This document shows, one piece after another, positions 52,970 to 62,878 of a stretch of 64,000 nucleotides of DNA (positions within the stretch are counted from its first letter, which is position 1; the number at the start of each line of letters is the position of its first letter). This stretch comes from Deltaproteobacteria bacterium (GTDB lineage Bacteria; Desulfobacterota; Binatia; UBA1149; CAYXZP01). The stretch covers positions 3,179 to 67,178 of the forward strand of contig JAYGCL010000077.1 in assembly GCA_046583365.1 (NCBI GenBank). Reading direction: 5' to 3'. Below the pieces are notes generated by a model. The model did not search any database. It saw nothing but the letters and a program-made list of their open reading frames with translations, and had not been told where the DNA came from. Made by a program: the position numbers and the translations under genes.

Positions 52970-53742
52970 GTAGAGGCCAACAACTTTTCGCTGTAGGTCA
53001 CACGGCCGGTCAGTTGCCGTGGGTCGCAGGTACAAAGGACCAGGGCCGCCTCGGCCACGGTCTCTACGGGTTCCAGGTGGGTGCCTTCGGGCATGACGTC
53101 CAGTGCCTCGGCTCCCTCGGTAAGCACCGCGGCCACCGGCGCAAGCGTGTTAACGGCAATCCCCGAGTCGGCAAATTCGGCAGCCATGGCCCCGGTCAGA
53201 CGGTTGAGAGCTGCCTTGGTAGTGGCGTACAGGCCCGCACCAGCCCGCGCCTCCCAAGACCCGTAAGGAGGCCCCGGGGGATGCTCGGCGGTTGCCGATG
53301 ACACGTTTACTATCCACCCCTGCCCCTTCTCTCGCATGAAGGGAAAGACCAGTTGAGAGAGATGAAAAGGCGCGATGAGGTTTACCTCAAACGTAATCCG
53401 CATACGTTTTTCCGAATAGTCGGCCAGCGGCATGTAGATTGCCGCAGCGGCGTTGTTGACCAGAATGTCTATCGGACCCAAAGCTTCGCAGGTGCGCTCA
53501 ACGATGCGCCGCCGGGCCTCGGCCTCTAACAGGTCGGCACCGATAGCCAGAGCCTGGCCCCCATGGCGGGTAATTTCGTCTACCGTTTCTTCAAGTGTGC
53601 CCGCGAGACCCTCGGGGTGAGAGTCCAGGCTGCGGGCCGTAACCGCCACGCGGGCGCCCTCGGCGGCCAGTCTCAAGGCGATGGCCCGGCCTATACCCCG
53701 GCTGGCCCCGGTAACCAGGGCCACCTTTCCCGCACAGTTCAC
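52966..53742 (-). CDS. SDR-family oxidoreductase
   Basis: ALVTGASRGIGRAIA, NNAA, YATTKAA. Confidence 0.88.
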   Translation of the reverse strand: MNCAGKVALVTGASRGIGRAIALRLAAEGARVAVTARSLDSHPEGLAGTLEETVDEITRHGGQALAIGADLLEAEARRRIVERTCEALGPIDILVNNAAAAIYMPLADYSEKRMRITFEVNLIAPFHLSQLVFPFMREKGQGWIVNVSSATAEHPPGPPYGSWEARAGAGLYATTKAALNRLTGAMAAEFADSGIAVNTLAPVAAVLTEGAEALDVMPEGTHLEPVETVAEAALVLCTCDPRQLTGRVTYSEKLLAST

Positions 53743-54572
53743 TGCTCTTTCTGTGTGGCGTCGAAATCGGCCATGATTTCTTCAAAGCGTTGCTCGACCA
53801 GAAAACGGGTGCCCATATGGGTGAATATGTACAGGCGATTGGCACGCACCCCGGCAAGCACCCGTTGGGCCACCTCTTCGGCCTCGATCATGTCGGCGGC
53901 CAGGACCGGTGGGATTTCCTGGCTGGGCTCGGGCATGGGCCCGCCAAAGCGCTGGGGGCGGTTGCGCGCTGAAGTCTCGGGAAGGTCGGTACGCACCATT
54001 CCCGGGCACAGGACCGATACGTCTATACCTTCGGGGGCCAACTCGCCGCGCAGCATTTCGCTGTAGCCCACCACTGCGTACTTCGAAGCCGTGTAGATCC
54101 CGATACCAAAACCTACAACCGCCGACAGACCGGCCATGGAGGCGGTGTTTACGATGTGTCGACGCCCCTGCCCCGTGCTACGACGCATCAGAGGAAGCAA
54201 GGCGCTTGTCGAATCGACAACCCCATGCAGGTTAACCGCCATCACCCACTGCCAGTTCTCATGGCTGGCCTCGCCAAGCAGCGCCTCGCAGACCACACCG
54301 GCGTTGTTGGATAAAAAGTGTAACTCCCCGAACTGCTCCTCTACCGTCGCGGCCAGAGCCGCCAACGAGGCCTGGTCGGTCACGTCGGTCTGAACGGCAA
54401 TACTTTTTACCCCCAGGGCCTCGACTTCGGCACTGACCGCAGCCGCGGCATCCTCTTCGATGTCGGCCACGGCCACGGCCATACCCTGGCCCCCCAGCGC
54501 CAAAGCTATGGCACGGCCTATGCCGTGTCCGCCGCCGGTCACCACCGCCTTCTTGCCTGTGAAATCCTTCAT
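53739..54572 (-). CDS. SDR-family oxidoreductase
   Basis: AVVTGGGHGIGRAIA, NNAGV, YTASKYA. Confidence 0.88.
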   Translation of the reverse strand: MKDFTGKKAVVTGGGHGIGRAIALALGGQGMAVAVADIEEDAAAAVSAEVEALGVKSIAVQTDVTDQASLAALAATVEEQFGELHFLSNNAGVVCEALLGEASHENWQWVMAVNLHGVVDSTSALLPLMRRSTGQGRRHIVNTASMAGLSAVVGFGIGIYTASKYAVVGYSEMLRGELAPEGIDVSVLCPGMVRTDLPETSARNRPQRFGGPMPEPSQEIPPVLAADMIEAEEVAQRVLAGVRANRLYIFTHMGTRFLVEQRFEEIMADFDATQKEQ

Positions 54573-55762
54573 ACCCCTCCAGGACGCGCGGCCACCAGTG
54601 CAGTCACCGCCTCGGTGATGCCATCAACCGACAAATGATACATGGGAAAAAGACGTTGAATGATCCGGCAGGTATGGCTGCCATTCCAGTAAGGCTGGTC
54701 CTCGGGGTTTATCCACACCACCCGTTCGAAGTGGTCAAGGATACGCTTAAACCACACCACCCCTTCGGTCTCGGTGGCCAGGTGTGGGGTTATGTGGCCA
54801 TAGGGCTCCAGAAGTTCGGCCGGGTGCATGGCAGCATCGCCCACAATCACGACTTTCCAGCGTCCGTCCAGACGGCGGAAAAGATCGCCGGTCGCAATGG
54901 CGTTTTCCTGGCGCAGACCTCCGGCCGTGTATACGTGGTCGTAGATGCAGTTGTGAAAGTAGTAAGCCTCCAGGGCCTTCAGTCCCCTCTCCTCGTGCAA
55001 TGCCGTCAACAGCCGGCTCACCGGTTCGTAGAAGGGTTGCATCGTTCCGCCAACGTCCATCAACAGGAGAAGACGTACGTTGTTGCGTCGCGGGGGCCGG
55101 AAAACCAGTTCTATCTCACCGGCATTGCGGCAGGTCTCGTCTATGGTCTCGTCCAGGTCCAACTCGCAGGCCAGACCGTCGCGGGTAAGCGTGCGCAGGC
55201 GCTTGAGCGCCACACGGATCTGACGCGTATCGATGGCCACATCGGTACGGTAGTCTTTGAAACGACGTTGGCCGGCCACCTTCATGGCCGAACGGTTGCG
55301 ACTCTGTCCGCCCACACGAATACCGGTGGGGTGGGTGCCGTTGTTGCCGAAAGGAGAGCGTCCGCCCGTACCCACCCAGCGGTCGCCGCCATCGTGGCGT
55401 TCGGTCTGCTCGGCCAGAGTTTCCAGGAACCTCTGCATGAGTTCATCCGAAGAAAGCCGTTGGAGAGCTTCCAGTTGTTCGGGGCTCAAGCGTTCAAAAT
55501 TTTTCGAATCCGACAGCCACTCCAACACCTCGTCCTCTATACCCAAAGACCCCTCCACGCCCTTGAACACACGCAAAAATACATGGTCAAAAGCGTCGTA
55601 GTAGGTTTCGCTCTTTATCAGACAGGCGCGGGCGAGATGGTAGAAGCGGCCGAGGCTGGAGCCGTGCAGGCCCTTACCAAGCGCCTCGTTGAGCGTCATC
55701 CATTCCTGGATGCCCACCGGAACGCCTTCGTCGCGAAGGCCGTAGAAGAGGTCGGTAAACAA
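54569..55762 (-). CDS. VWA-domain protein (CoxE/COG3825-like partner of a MoxR ATPase)
   Basis: N-terminus MFTDLFYGLRDEGVPVGIQEWMTLNEAL. The C-terminal VWA has LLLLMDVGGTM (MIDAS-like DxGxT). Confidence 0.75.
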   Translation of the reverse strand: MFTDLFYGLRDEGVPVGIQEWMTLNEALGKGLHGSSLGRFYHLARACLIKSETYYDAFDHVFLRVFKGVEGSLGIEDEVLEWLSDSKNFERLSPEQLEALQRLSSDELMQRFLETLAEQTERHDGGDRWVGTGGRSPFGNNGTHPTGIRVGGQSRNRSAMKVAGQRRFKDYRTDVAIDTRQIRVALKRLRTLTRDGLACELDLDETIDETCRNAGEIELVFRPPRRNNVRLLLLMDVGGTMQPFYEPVSRLLTALHEERGLKALEAYYFHNCIYDHVYTAGGLRQENAIATGDLFRRLDGRWKVVIVGDAAMHPAELLEPYGHITPHLATETEGVVWFKRILDHFERVVWINPEDQPYWNGSHTCRIIQRLFPMYHLSVDGITEAVTALVAARPGGV

Positions 55763-55771
55763 CGGTCTCGC

Positions 55772-56653
55772 CTATTGATTGTAGCGGGGTCCCAGGTCTT
55801 TCCAGCTGGAGGGATACTCGCCGCCCTGGCCGTCGTATCGCTGCAGGGCATCCAGATCCTGCTCTTTTTTGAGCAGAGAACCCACAAAGGGAATGTTGGC
55901 CTCAAGTTTTTCCATCGACACCCCGGCCTTGAGCAGCACGGCTATCCAGTCGATGAGTTCCGAGGTCGACGGTTTTTTGCGAAGCTCGTTCTGGGTACGC
56001 AGCCAGTAGAACTTTATGAGCACCTGGTCGAGTAGTTTCTCTTCCAGGTTGGGGTGGTGGACGGCAACGATTTTCTCCATTAACTCACGTTCGGGGAATT
56101 CGATGAAGTGGAAAATACAACGGCGCAGAAACGCATCGGGCAGTTCCTTTTCATTGTTCGAGGTAATCACCACCACCGGCCTTTCCCTGGCGGAAATCTC
56201 TTTCCCCGTCTCAAGGATGGCAAACTGCATGTTGTCGAGTTCGTGCAGAAGATCGTTGGGGAACTCCACATCGGCCTTGTCGATTTCGTCAATCAGCAAC
56301 ACGTGGCGGTGTTCGGCAGCGAACACGCGGCCCAAGGGGCCCAGCTTTATATAACGGTCGATATCGGACACGTCGCCGCTGCCGAAGCGGCTGTCGTTGA
56401 GCCTCTGTACGGTATCATAAACGTAGAGCCCGTCGGCGGCCCGCGAGGTGGACTTTATGTGCCAGGACTCCATCGGCAGGCCCAGCCCTTCGGCCACGTG
56501 ATGGGCCAGCAGGGTTTTGCCCGTACCCGGCTCGCCCTTTATGAGCAGCGGCCGCTGCAGGGCTACCGCACAGTTGACGGCATCGACCAGGGGCGCCGAG
56601 ACAATATAGCCGTCGGTGCCTTTGAAACTCTCAAAACCGTTATCTTCAGACAT
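55772..56653 (-). CDS. MoxR-like AAA+ ATPase
   Basis: LLIKGEPGTGKT (Walker A), VLLIDEIDKA (Walker B), ITSNNEKELPDAFLRRC. Confidence 0.88.
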   Translation of the reverse strand: MSEDNGFESFKGTDGYIVSAPLVDAVNCAVALQRPLLIKGEPGTGKTLLAHHVAEGLGLPMESWHIKSTSRAADGLYVYDTVQRLNDSRFGSGDVSDIDRYIKLGPLGRVFAAEHRHVLLIDEIDKADVEFPNDLLHELDNMQFAILETGKEISARERPVVVITSNNEKELPDAFLRRCIFHFIEFPERELMEKIVAVHHPNLEEKLLDQVLIKFYWLRTQNELRKKPSTSELIDWIAVLLKAGVSMEKLEANIPFVGSLLKKEQDLDALQRYDGQGGEYPSSWKDLGPRYNQ

Positions 56654-57899
56654 GTGGTGCGGTCTCCTTTGGTGTGCGCACGGGCGTATCTATAGCCTCG
56701 GGCGCTTCTAATTCTTTTTTCGATTGATCGGCAATCTTGAATTTTTCAAGCTTACGGCCACTGGGTATCACACTACCCTCGTAGCTGCCCACGGCTTCGT
56801 TGAAGGCAGCCAGTGCGCTTGAAAGTCCCCTTCCCATTTTTTTGAGGTGTTCCTGAAAAACCTCGACGCGACGGTGGAACTGGCTGGCCGCCTCCCACAC
56901 CCCACGGGCCTCTTCGGCCATGGCGTGCTGGCGCCAATAGATTCCGACTGTACGCAGCAGGGCCACCAGGGTCACCGGCGTAACCACCAGCACCCGCTGG
57001 CGCATGGCCTCTTCCTGTATGTCGGGGTTTTCGCGGAAAGCCGCTGCCAGGAAATGGTCGCCAGGCAAAAACATGACCGTAAAATCCACACGCCCCTTTA
57101 TCTCGCTGGCGTAGTCCTTGCCGGCCAGTTCGCGCACACGCTGACGGACATCGCGGGCGTGTTGTTTGAGGCATTGGTCGCGACGAACATCATCGTCGGT
57201 CTCAATGGCGTCGAGGAAAGCCGCCAACGGCACTTTCGAATCCACCGGAATAAGATCGCCACCGGGAAGACGCACTACAAGGTCAGGGCGGTTGCCATCG
57301 GCCGTGGTCTTCTGTTCTTCGAAATCGCAGTGTTCGGCCATGCCGGCGATCTCAACGATGTTGCGAAGTTGCATCTCCCCCCAGCGGCCGCGGGCCTGAG
57401 AACTACCGCGCAAAGCATTGGCCAGAGACTCGCTCTTGGTTGCCACCATGCGGTTGAGTTCGGCCAGGGCCTCTATCTGTCCCTTGAGGTCGTCGTAGGC
57501 CGCCCGCCGGCCCCCCTCTACCTGACTGGTGGCTTTGGAAAGATGGTGGAGCTGTTCGGTTATCGGTTTCAGCTGCTCGGCAGCCTGGCTGAGAAACATC
57601 TGACTGTTGTCACGCAGCGCATCGCCGGCATGATTGCCGAAAGCATCGCGGAGTTGGCCGAGGAAGGCCTCCTCGGTGGTCTTGCGGGCCTCTTCGGCCT
57701 TTTGGGCGGATTTTTCCTGGCCCGTCAGTTCGGCCCGCGCCCTCTCGAGCTCTATCTTGAGGCCGTGTATGGCCTCGCGGTGCTCGTCCTGGCTGCGACG
57801 GGCTTTGCGCGCCGAGACAAGCCGGGCAAGCCCGAACCCGAGGCCAACCCCCAGAATCCCAACCAGGGATGCAACCATCGTTACTGTCGCCACGCCCAT
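56646..57899 (-). CDS. rmuC: DNA recombination protein RmuC
   Basis: N-terminal TM segment, long coiled coil, and a PD-(D/E)xK-like core (RPDLVVRLPGGDLIPVDSKVP). 8-nt overlap with the MoxR gene. Confidence 0.9.
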   Translation of the reverse strand: MGVATVTMVASLVGILGVGLGFGLARLVSARKARRSQDEHREAIHGLKIELERARAELTGQEKSAQKAEEARKTTEEAFLGQLRDAFGNHAGDALRDNSQMFLSQAAEQLKPITEQLHHLSKATSQVEGGRRAAYDDLKGQIEALAELNRMVATKSESLANALRGSSQARGRWGEMQLRNIVEIAGMAEHCDFEEQKTTADGNRPDLVVRLPGGDLIPVDSKVPLAAFLDAIETDDDVRRDQCLKQHARDVRQRVRELAGKDYASEIKGRVDFTVMFLPGDHFLAAAFRENPDIQEEAMRQRVLVVTPVTLVALLRTVGIYWRQHAMAEEARGVWEAASQFHRRVEVFQEHLKKMGRGLSSALAAFNEAVGSYEGSVIPSGRKLEKFKIADQSKKELEAPEAIDTPVRTPKETAPHV

Positions 57900-57930
57900 A
57901 CCGCTACCCGTCCGTCCCCACCACCTAGCT

Positions 57931-60264
57931 CTACCTCCCGGTCAAATCTAGCTTGGGGCCGGCGGATTCGGCCTTGCGACGCTGGCGGGCGCCCACCCGT
58001 TCGTCGCTGATAAGGACGGTTGCCGGCACCGTGACGATGGCGGCGACCAGAGACCCGCACAGTACGGCGGCCGCCATCAGGCCAAAGTGTCGAGACATGG
58101 CCATTTCGGAAAAAGCCAGCACCAGGAAGCCGAGACACAAGACCACGGTGGTAAACATGACCGGCCTGCCGACAACCGTGATGGCCCGTTCAATAGCCGC
58201 GGGGGGGAGAAGGCCGCGGGCACGCTGACGGCGGTAACGCACCAGCACATGAATGGCGTTGTCCACGGCAATGCCGAGCACAACATTGCCCATCATGACC
58301 GGCAGGGTGCCAAGCCCTACCCCCAGCCAACCGGTCAGGCCCAGCACAAATGCAATCGGCAATGCCCCCGGTATCATGGCCAGCAAGCCATGGCGCGGGG
58401 AGCGTAGAAGCAGCATCATGACCAACATCACCGCGATAAAAGAAGCCGTGAAGCCACGCACCAGACCATTGATCAGGTGCTCTTCCATATCGCTGTACAG
58501 AACGGCCAGACCCGTGGCCGTAACATCAAAAAACTCAAAGTCGGCTATCTGCTCGCGAACATCCTTGACTACCCTCTCGTGCACACCGACAGCCGACATA
58601 CGCGTGAGAATAGACATACGGGCCCGTGAAAAATCGAAGCTTACAAAGCTGTAGAACTCACCGTCGGGGGCGTCCATTTCGTACATCAAAAGGTACTGGG
58701 CCACTTCGGCCCGCGACTCGGGCACCTTCAGCCAACGCTGGTCGCCACCGTGGAAGGCACGGTTCATGTCGCGCACAAAATCAGCCGGCGAAATGGTCCT
58801 TTCAATATCGGGGTCGGCCTGGAGCTTTACCTGCAAGGCGGCCAACTCGGCAAGACCAGCCGGGTTTTTTATGCCCTCACTTCCTTCGGCGTCCCTGCTC
58901 TCAAACAACAGTTCAATCGAGTGAACCCCGCCCACCTTGTCTTCAATAAAGTCGGTGGCCTCAATAATCGGATGGCCGGACTCCAGGTAGTCGTACCAGT
59001 TGGCCGAAACTCTCACATAGGGCAGCCCGGCCAGGCCGATGGCCATAAAGGCCAGGCTGGCGCCGACTACCAGATAGCGGTGCTGGGTTGCCAACGAGAA
59101 GGCACGGTGGAGGAAACGCGACCGGTGGTTGGAGTCGCCGCCTTCGGCCGCCGAAATTAAAACGACCGGGGGCGGCAACAACCGCAAGACCGCGGGCACC
59201 AGAGTGTAGGTCACGACAAAGGCCATCAAAGCTCCAACGGCCGCCAACAGCCCGAACTCTCTAAGCGGCGGCACACGCACCAGTTCCAGACCCAGAAATC
59301 CCAATGCCGTGGTAAGGCTGGTAAACAGGCAGGGAATGAACACCGAACGGGCCGCCTCAACGATGGCCTCGGCACGCTCCCGCCCGTTGGCCAGTTCTTC
59401 CTGGTACTCACAGATCATGTGCACCGAGTCGGCCACCCCCAGCGCCAACAGGATAACGGCCAGCATGGGTGTGCTCATGTTGGCCATATAGCCAGCCAGG
59501 CCCATTATGCCGAGCGTCCACACCAGCGAGAGCCCCACCGTCAAACTCGGCAGCAATACCCCGCTGAAACTGCGAAACAGCACCCCCAGCACAATCAAAA
59601 AGACAACGAACATGAGGCCCAGAAGGACGTAGAAATCGTTTACAAAAGCCTGCCAGAAGGCGATGTCGAACTCGGTAAGACCGGTAATCTTGAACTCTAC
59701 ACCGTCGTGGGTCCCCAACACGGCCTTTATACGGTCCATGGTGGCCATGCGTACCGGCACGGGTGCATCGGGACCCGCTATCTTGACTGCCATCAGTGAA
59801 ATTTGGCCCTCCGGGTCGGTCACCGTACCGGCGTATAGGGGGTCGCTGGTGAGTTTCTTAAGAATCCTGGCGCGTTCGGCATCATCGAGGGGCAGGTTGA
59901 CCATCTTGTCGATTTTGAGCAGGTCATCCTCGGCCCGAATTTCCTCCATATTGGTAATGGCCGTAACTCTGAGTACGCCCTCGAGCTGCTCAATCTCGGC
60001 CACCAGACTGGAGGTCATCTCAATGTTGTGCTCTCCCAGCACCCCGCCGGGAGCGGTCCAGGCTACAAAGGCGTAATCGTCGCTCTGAAACTCGGCGCGG
60101 TAGTCCTCGTAGGCGGCCACCGAAGGGTCATCTTTTTCGAGCCACATTTCCGAGGAGTTTTCGAATTGTAGTGTCGACACAGGCTGCAGGGCCGCTGCCG
60201 TTACCAGCACTACCAGGGCCACGACGACCCAGGGGTATTTTACGATGAAGCGGAGAAACGGCAT
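57931..60264 (-). CDS. RND-superfamily MMPL/HpnN-like transporter
   Basis: 777 aa with two 6-TM sterol-sensing-like bundles and two periplasmic loops. Confidence 0.85.
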   Translation of the reverse strand: MPFLRFIVKYPWVVVALVVLVTAAALQPVSTLQFENSSEMWLEKDDPSVAAYEDYRAEFQSDDYAFVAWTAPGGVLGEHNIEMTSSLVAEIEQLEGVLRVTAITNMEEIRAEDDLLKIDKMVNLPLDDAERARILKKLTSDPLYAGTVTDPEGQISLMAVKIAGPDAPVPVRMATMDRIKAVLGTHDGVEFKITGLTEFDIAFWQAFVNDFYVLLGLMFVVFLIVLGVLFRSFSGVLLPSLTVGLSLVWTLGIMGLAGYMANMSTPMLAVILLALGVADSVHMICEYQEELANGRERAEAIVEAARSVFIPCLFTSLTTALGFLGLELVRVPPLREFGLLAAVGALMAFVVTYTLVPAVLRLLPPPVVLISAAEGGDSNHRSRFLHRAFSLATQHRYLVVGASLAFMAIGLAGLPYVRVSANWYDYLESGHPIIEATDFIEDKVGGVHSIELLFESRDAEGSEGIKNPAGLAELAALQVKLQADPDIERTISPADFVRDMNRAFHGGDQRWLKVPESRAEVAQYLLMYEMDAPDGEFYSFVSFDFSRARMSILTRMSAVGVHERVVKDVREQIADFEFFDVTATGLAVLYSDMEEHLINGLVRGFTASFIAVMLVMMLLLRSPRHGLLAMIPGALPIAFVLGLTGWLGVGLGTLPVMMGNVVLGIAVDNAIHVLVRYRRQRARGLLPPAAIERAITVVGRPVMFTTVVLCLGFLVLAFSEMAMSRHFGLMAAAVLCGSLVAAIVTVPATVLISDERVGARQRRKAESAGPKLDLTGR

Positions 60265-60290
60265 GGCAAGGGTGAGCTTAGCGGCAGGTT

Positions 60291-61019
60291 TCAGTTGATG
60301 GAATAGCGCTGTCCGACGGTCGACCTGAACAGTTCCTCTATGTTGTTGACCTCTCGGTCGAGAGTCTCCTCGCTCCAGGCATCCGTGGCTATGGGCTCGT
60401 GTACGACCACACGGACGGTGGCCGCGCGGATCAAACGCCCCCCCCTGGGCATCACCGCACGGGAGTTCAGCAGCACTACCGGCACCACCGGTCTACCGGC
60501 CTGCATGGCCAGGTGGAAAGCACCCTTCTTGAAACGCCCGATACTGCCATCGATGCCGCGGGTGCCCTCGGGCGCCACCACCACCGAATATCCTGCGGCC
60601 AACGCCACCACGGCCGGCTTCAGTTGCTCGAGTGCACGGGCATGGTGAAAGCGGTCGATAAAGACCACCCCGGCCCAGGCAAATGCGGGGCCGAAGAAAA
60701 CGTTACGCCTCATCTCCTTCTTGGCTATGCCGACAAAATCGTGACGAATGAGCGCGGTTATCATCAGGGGGTCGACCGTGGACTGGTGGTTGAATACGAA
60801 AACGGCCGGACGTGCCGACTCCAGATGGTCGGCGCCTTGTATGTCAAAACTTATGCCGGCCGCCGCCGTGCCGAGCCTGCCCCACACAGCCAGGGTAGCG
60901 TTGAGTCCGCGGCGACGGCTGAGAGTTACAAGCGTAACGACAAAGCCCGCAAGCAAGCCGGGCAGTACCGCAAATACCGCAAGCAAGGAGCGGACAAAGG
61001 CGACAGCGTCGCCGGCCAC
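60291..61019 (-). CDS. plsC: 1-acyl-sn-glycerol-3-phosphate acyltransferase
   Basis: FNHQSTVDP (HX4D) and VAPEGTR blocks, plus an N-terminal TM segment. Confidence 0.88.
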   Translation of the reverse strand: MAGDAVAFVRSLLAVFAVLPGLLAGFVVTLVTLSRRRGLNATLAVWGRLGTAAAGISFDIQGADHLESARPAVFVFNHQSTVDPLMITALIRHDFVGIAKKEMRRNVFFGPAFAWAGVVFIDRFHHARALEQLKPAVVALAAGYSVVVAPEGTRGIDGSIGRFKKGAFHLAMQAGRPVVPVVLLNSRAVMPRGGRLIRAATVRVVVHEPIATDAWSEETLDREVNNIEELFRSTVGQRYSIN

Positions 61020-61024
61020 ACCGT

Positions 61025-62113
61025 TCAGGCGGCCTGGGTGCCGGCCCCAATCTTGTCCAGGAGTTCCACCAACTCGGCAGGAGCTTCTATGTCGGCGTCC
61101 TCGGTCGAATCCTTGAGGTTTTCGAACTGCAGAATACCGATCTTTTCGTACTCCTTGCGCACACGGTCGGTAAGCAGGCCCAGGCGTTTTAAGTTCGGCA
61201 CAATCTTAGAGAACAGCATCTGCCTGAAGCCAACCATGAACGGGGTCTGCTTGGCCCACTCGGTCCACACCTTGACGTCGAAGTCCATACGCTCATAGAC
61301 CTGCTCCATGAGCAGACGGTCACGCATGAGATAGGTAGCCTCAATCACAAAATCTTCGCGTTCTTTCAGCTCGGAACTGCTCAGTTCGTGGGTATAGATA
61401 TGTTCGAGCGAAAGCACACCGAAGGCCACGTGGCGGGCCTCGTCCTGCATTATACGGTGAGTGATGTCCTGGATGAGAGGTTCGTCGGCGAGTTCCATCT
61501 TCATTATGCCAAAGGCCGCAAGGGCCAGGCCCTCGACCATTATCTGCATGCCAAGGTAGGTCATGTCCCAACGCGAGTCGGTCACAATCTGGTTGAGCAA
61601 GGTCTGCAGGTGAGGGTTGATCTCGAAAGAACGGCCTAGCTTTTCGGTGAGGTAGCGGTGGTAGACCTCGACGTGGCGAGCCTCATCGGCCGTCTGGTTG
61701 GCGGCATAAAACTTAGCCTCTTCGGTAGGCGCCGCCATGGCTATTTTAGCACTGGCCACCAGTGCCCCCTGTTCTCCGTGCAGAAACTGCGAGAGCATCC
61801 AGGCCGTCATATTCACGTCGAACTCGATTGCCTGTTTGGCGTCCATCGGGTGGGGCGGGTCGAGAAGTTGGTTTACCATCTCGTGGGTGCCCCTGCTGGT
61901 GTTCCTGGCCGCCCGCCCTTCGATGTCCACATTGATGCTCCAGTCCAGGTCAGAGGCGTTCCAGGTGGCCGTCTTGCCCTTTTCATACAGGGTGAGGAGC
62001 TTGGACTGCTTAAGCGCGTACTCCCAGTCAAAGGTGGTATCGAAGGCACAGGGCACCGCCTCGGTGGAGCCCACCGCGGGCAGGGGAAGGGGATTCTTCT
62101 GTTCGTAATCCAT
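61025..62113 (-). CDS. ferritin-like diiron oxygenase (AurF-like fold)
   Basis: Two ExxH motifs (ADEARHVEVYH and QDEARHVAFG) plus additional Glu residues in a four-helix pattern. The start is taken at Met 62113 (MDYEQKN). Confidence 0.62.
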   Translation of the reverse strand: MDYEQKNPLPLPAVGSTEAVPCAFDTTFDWEYALKQSKLLTLYEKGKTATWNASDLDWSINVDIEGRAARNTSRGTHEMVNQLLDPPHPMDAKQAIEFDVNMTAWMLSQFLHGEQGALVASAKIAMAAPTEEAKFYAANQTADEARHVEVYHRYLTEKLGRSFEINPHLQTLLNQIVTDSRWDMTYLGMQIMVEGLALAAFGIMKMELADEPLIQDITHRIMQDEARHVAFGVLSLEHIYTHELSSSELKEREDFVIEATYLMRDRLLMEQVYERMDFDVKVWTEWAKQTPFMVGFRQMLFSKIVPNLKRLGLLTDRVRKEYEKIGILQFENLKDSTEDADIEAPAELVELLDKIGAGTQAA

Positions 62114-62236
62114 CTTGGGAGGGTGCCCGCCAGTCCCCGCTATGGCAAGAGATGGGGCCAACGGCCGGGCCGACCATCGGCAGAGCCCCGGCCGGCCGTT
62201 GCCAAAGCCCGGCCGCCGGTACATACATCGCACACG

Positions 62237-62848
62237 ATGATAACCCTTTACGGCAGTGCCCAGAACCGTGGAAGCCGCTGCATCCTGGTGCTCGAAGAGT
62301 GCGGGCTGGACTACCAGATAAAGCCCATCGACATAGACAACGGCGCCCAGAACGACCCCGCCTACCGCGCCATCAACCCCAACGGCAAGGTGCCCTGCCT
62401 TGACGATGACGGCTTTGTGGTCTGGGAATCGATGGCCGTTAACCTCTACCTGGCCGGCAAGTACGGCAATGGCCTGATACCCGAGGATACCCAGGCCAGG
62501 GCCAAGGTGTTGCAGTGGTCATTCTGGGCGATGACAGAACTCGAGGCGGCCGTGCTGTCTGTATTCACCCACCGCGTGCAGCTTCCCGAAGAGGACAGGC
62601 GGCCCGAGATTGCCCAACAGGGCATGGACAAAACCGCCGTGCTGCTGGCCGTCCTGGACGGCGAGCTTGAGGGCAACGACTACCTCATCGACAATGGTTT
62701 TACGGTTGCCGACCTCAATGTGGCCCACGTTGTTATCTGGGCTACGCTGCTTGGAGTCTCGATTGAGAAATACAAAAACGTAGGCCGCTGGTTTGCCTCG
62801 ATACAAGAGCGACCCAGTTTTCAGAAATTGATGGACATGCGCTCTTAG
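62237..62848 (+). CDS. glutathione S-transferase
   Basis: MITLYGSAQNRGSRCILVLEECGLDYQ...NPNGKVPCLDDDGFVVWESMAVNLYL. The track ORF (from 61658) is an artefactual upstream extension. Confidence 0.88.
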   Translation: MITLYGSAQNRGSRCILVLEECGLDYQIKPIDIDNGAQNDPAYRAINPNGKVPCLDDDGFVVWESMAVNLYLAGKYGNGLIPEDTQARAKVLQWSFWAMTELEAAVLSVFTHRVQLPEEDRRPEIAQQGMDKTAVLLAVLDGELEGNDYLIDNGFTVADLNVAHVVIWATLLGVSIEKYKNVGRWFASIQERPSFQKLMDMRS

Positions 62849-62878
62849 CATTGTCAGTTTTTTTGGAGGAGAAAATAT

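Noticed and set aside
54709-54717. Perfect DnaA-box consensus TTATCCACA
   Set aside because: It is a single isolated box inside the VWA coding sequence. There is no cluster, AT-rich unwinding element or dnaA/dnaN nearby, so it is best explained by chance.
54635-56035. 466-aa plus-strand ORF, and similarly 56847..58010 (387 aa), 38832..39731 (299 aa) and 60399..61298 (299 aa)
   Set aside because: Each is antisense to a gene with clear family motifs (VWA/MoxR, RmuC, rsmE, PlsC/diiron). None has recognisable motifs.
61658-62236. 193-aa extension upstream of the GST
   Set aside because: It is antisense to the diiron oxygenase gene. The GST family N-terminus (MITLYG) starts at 62237.
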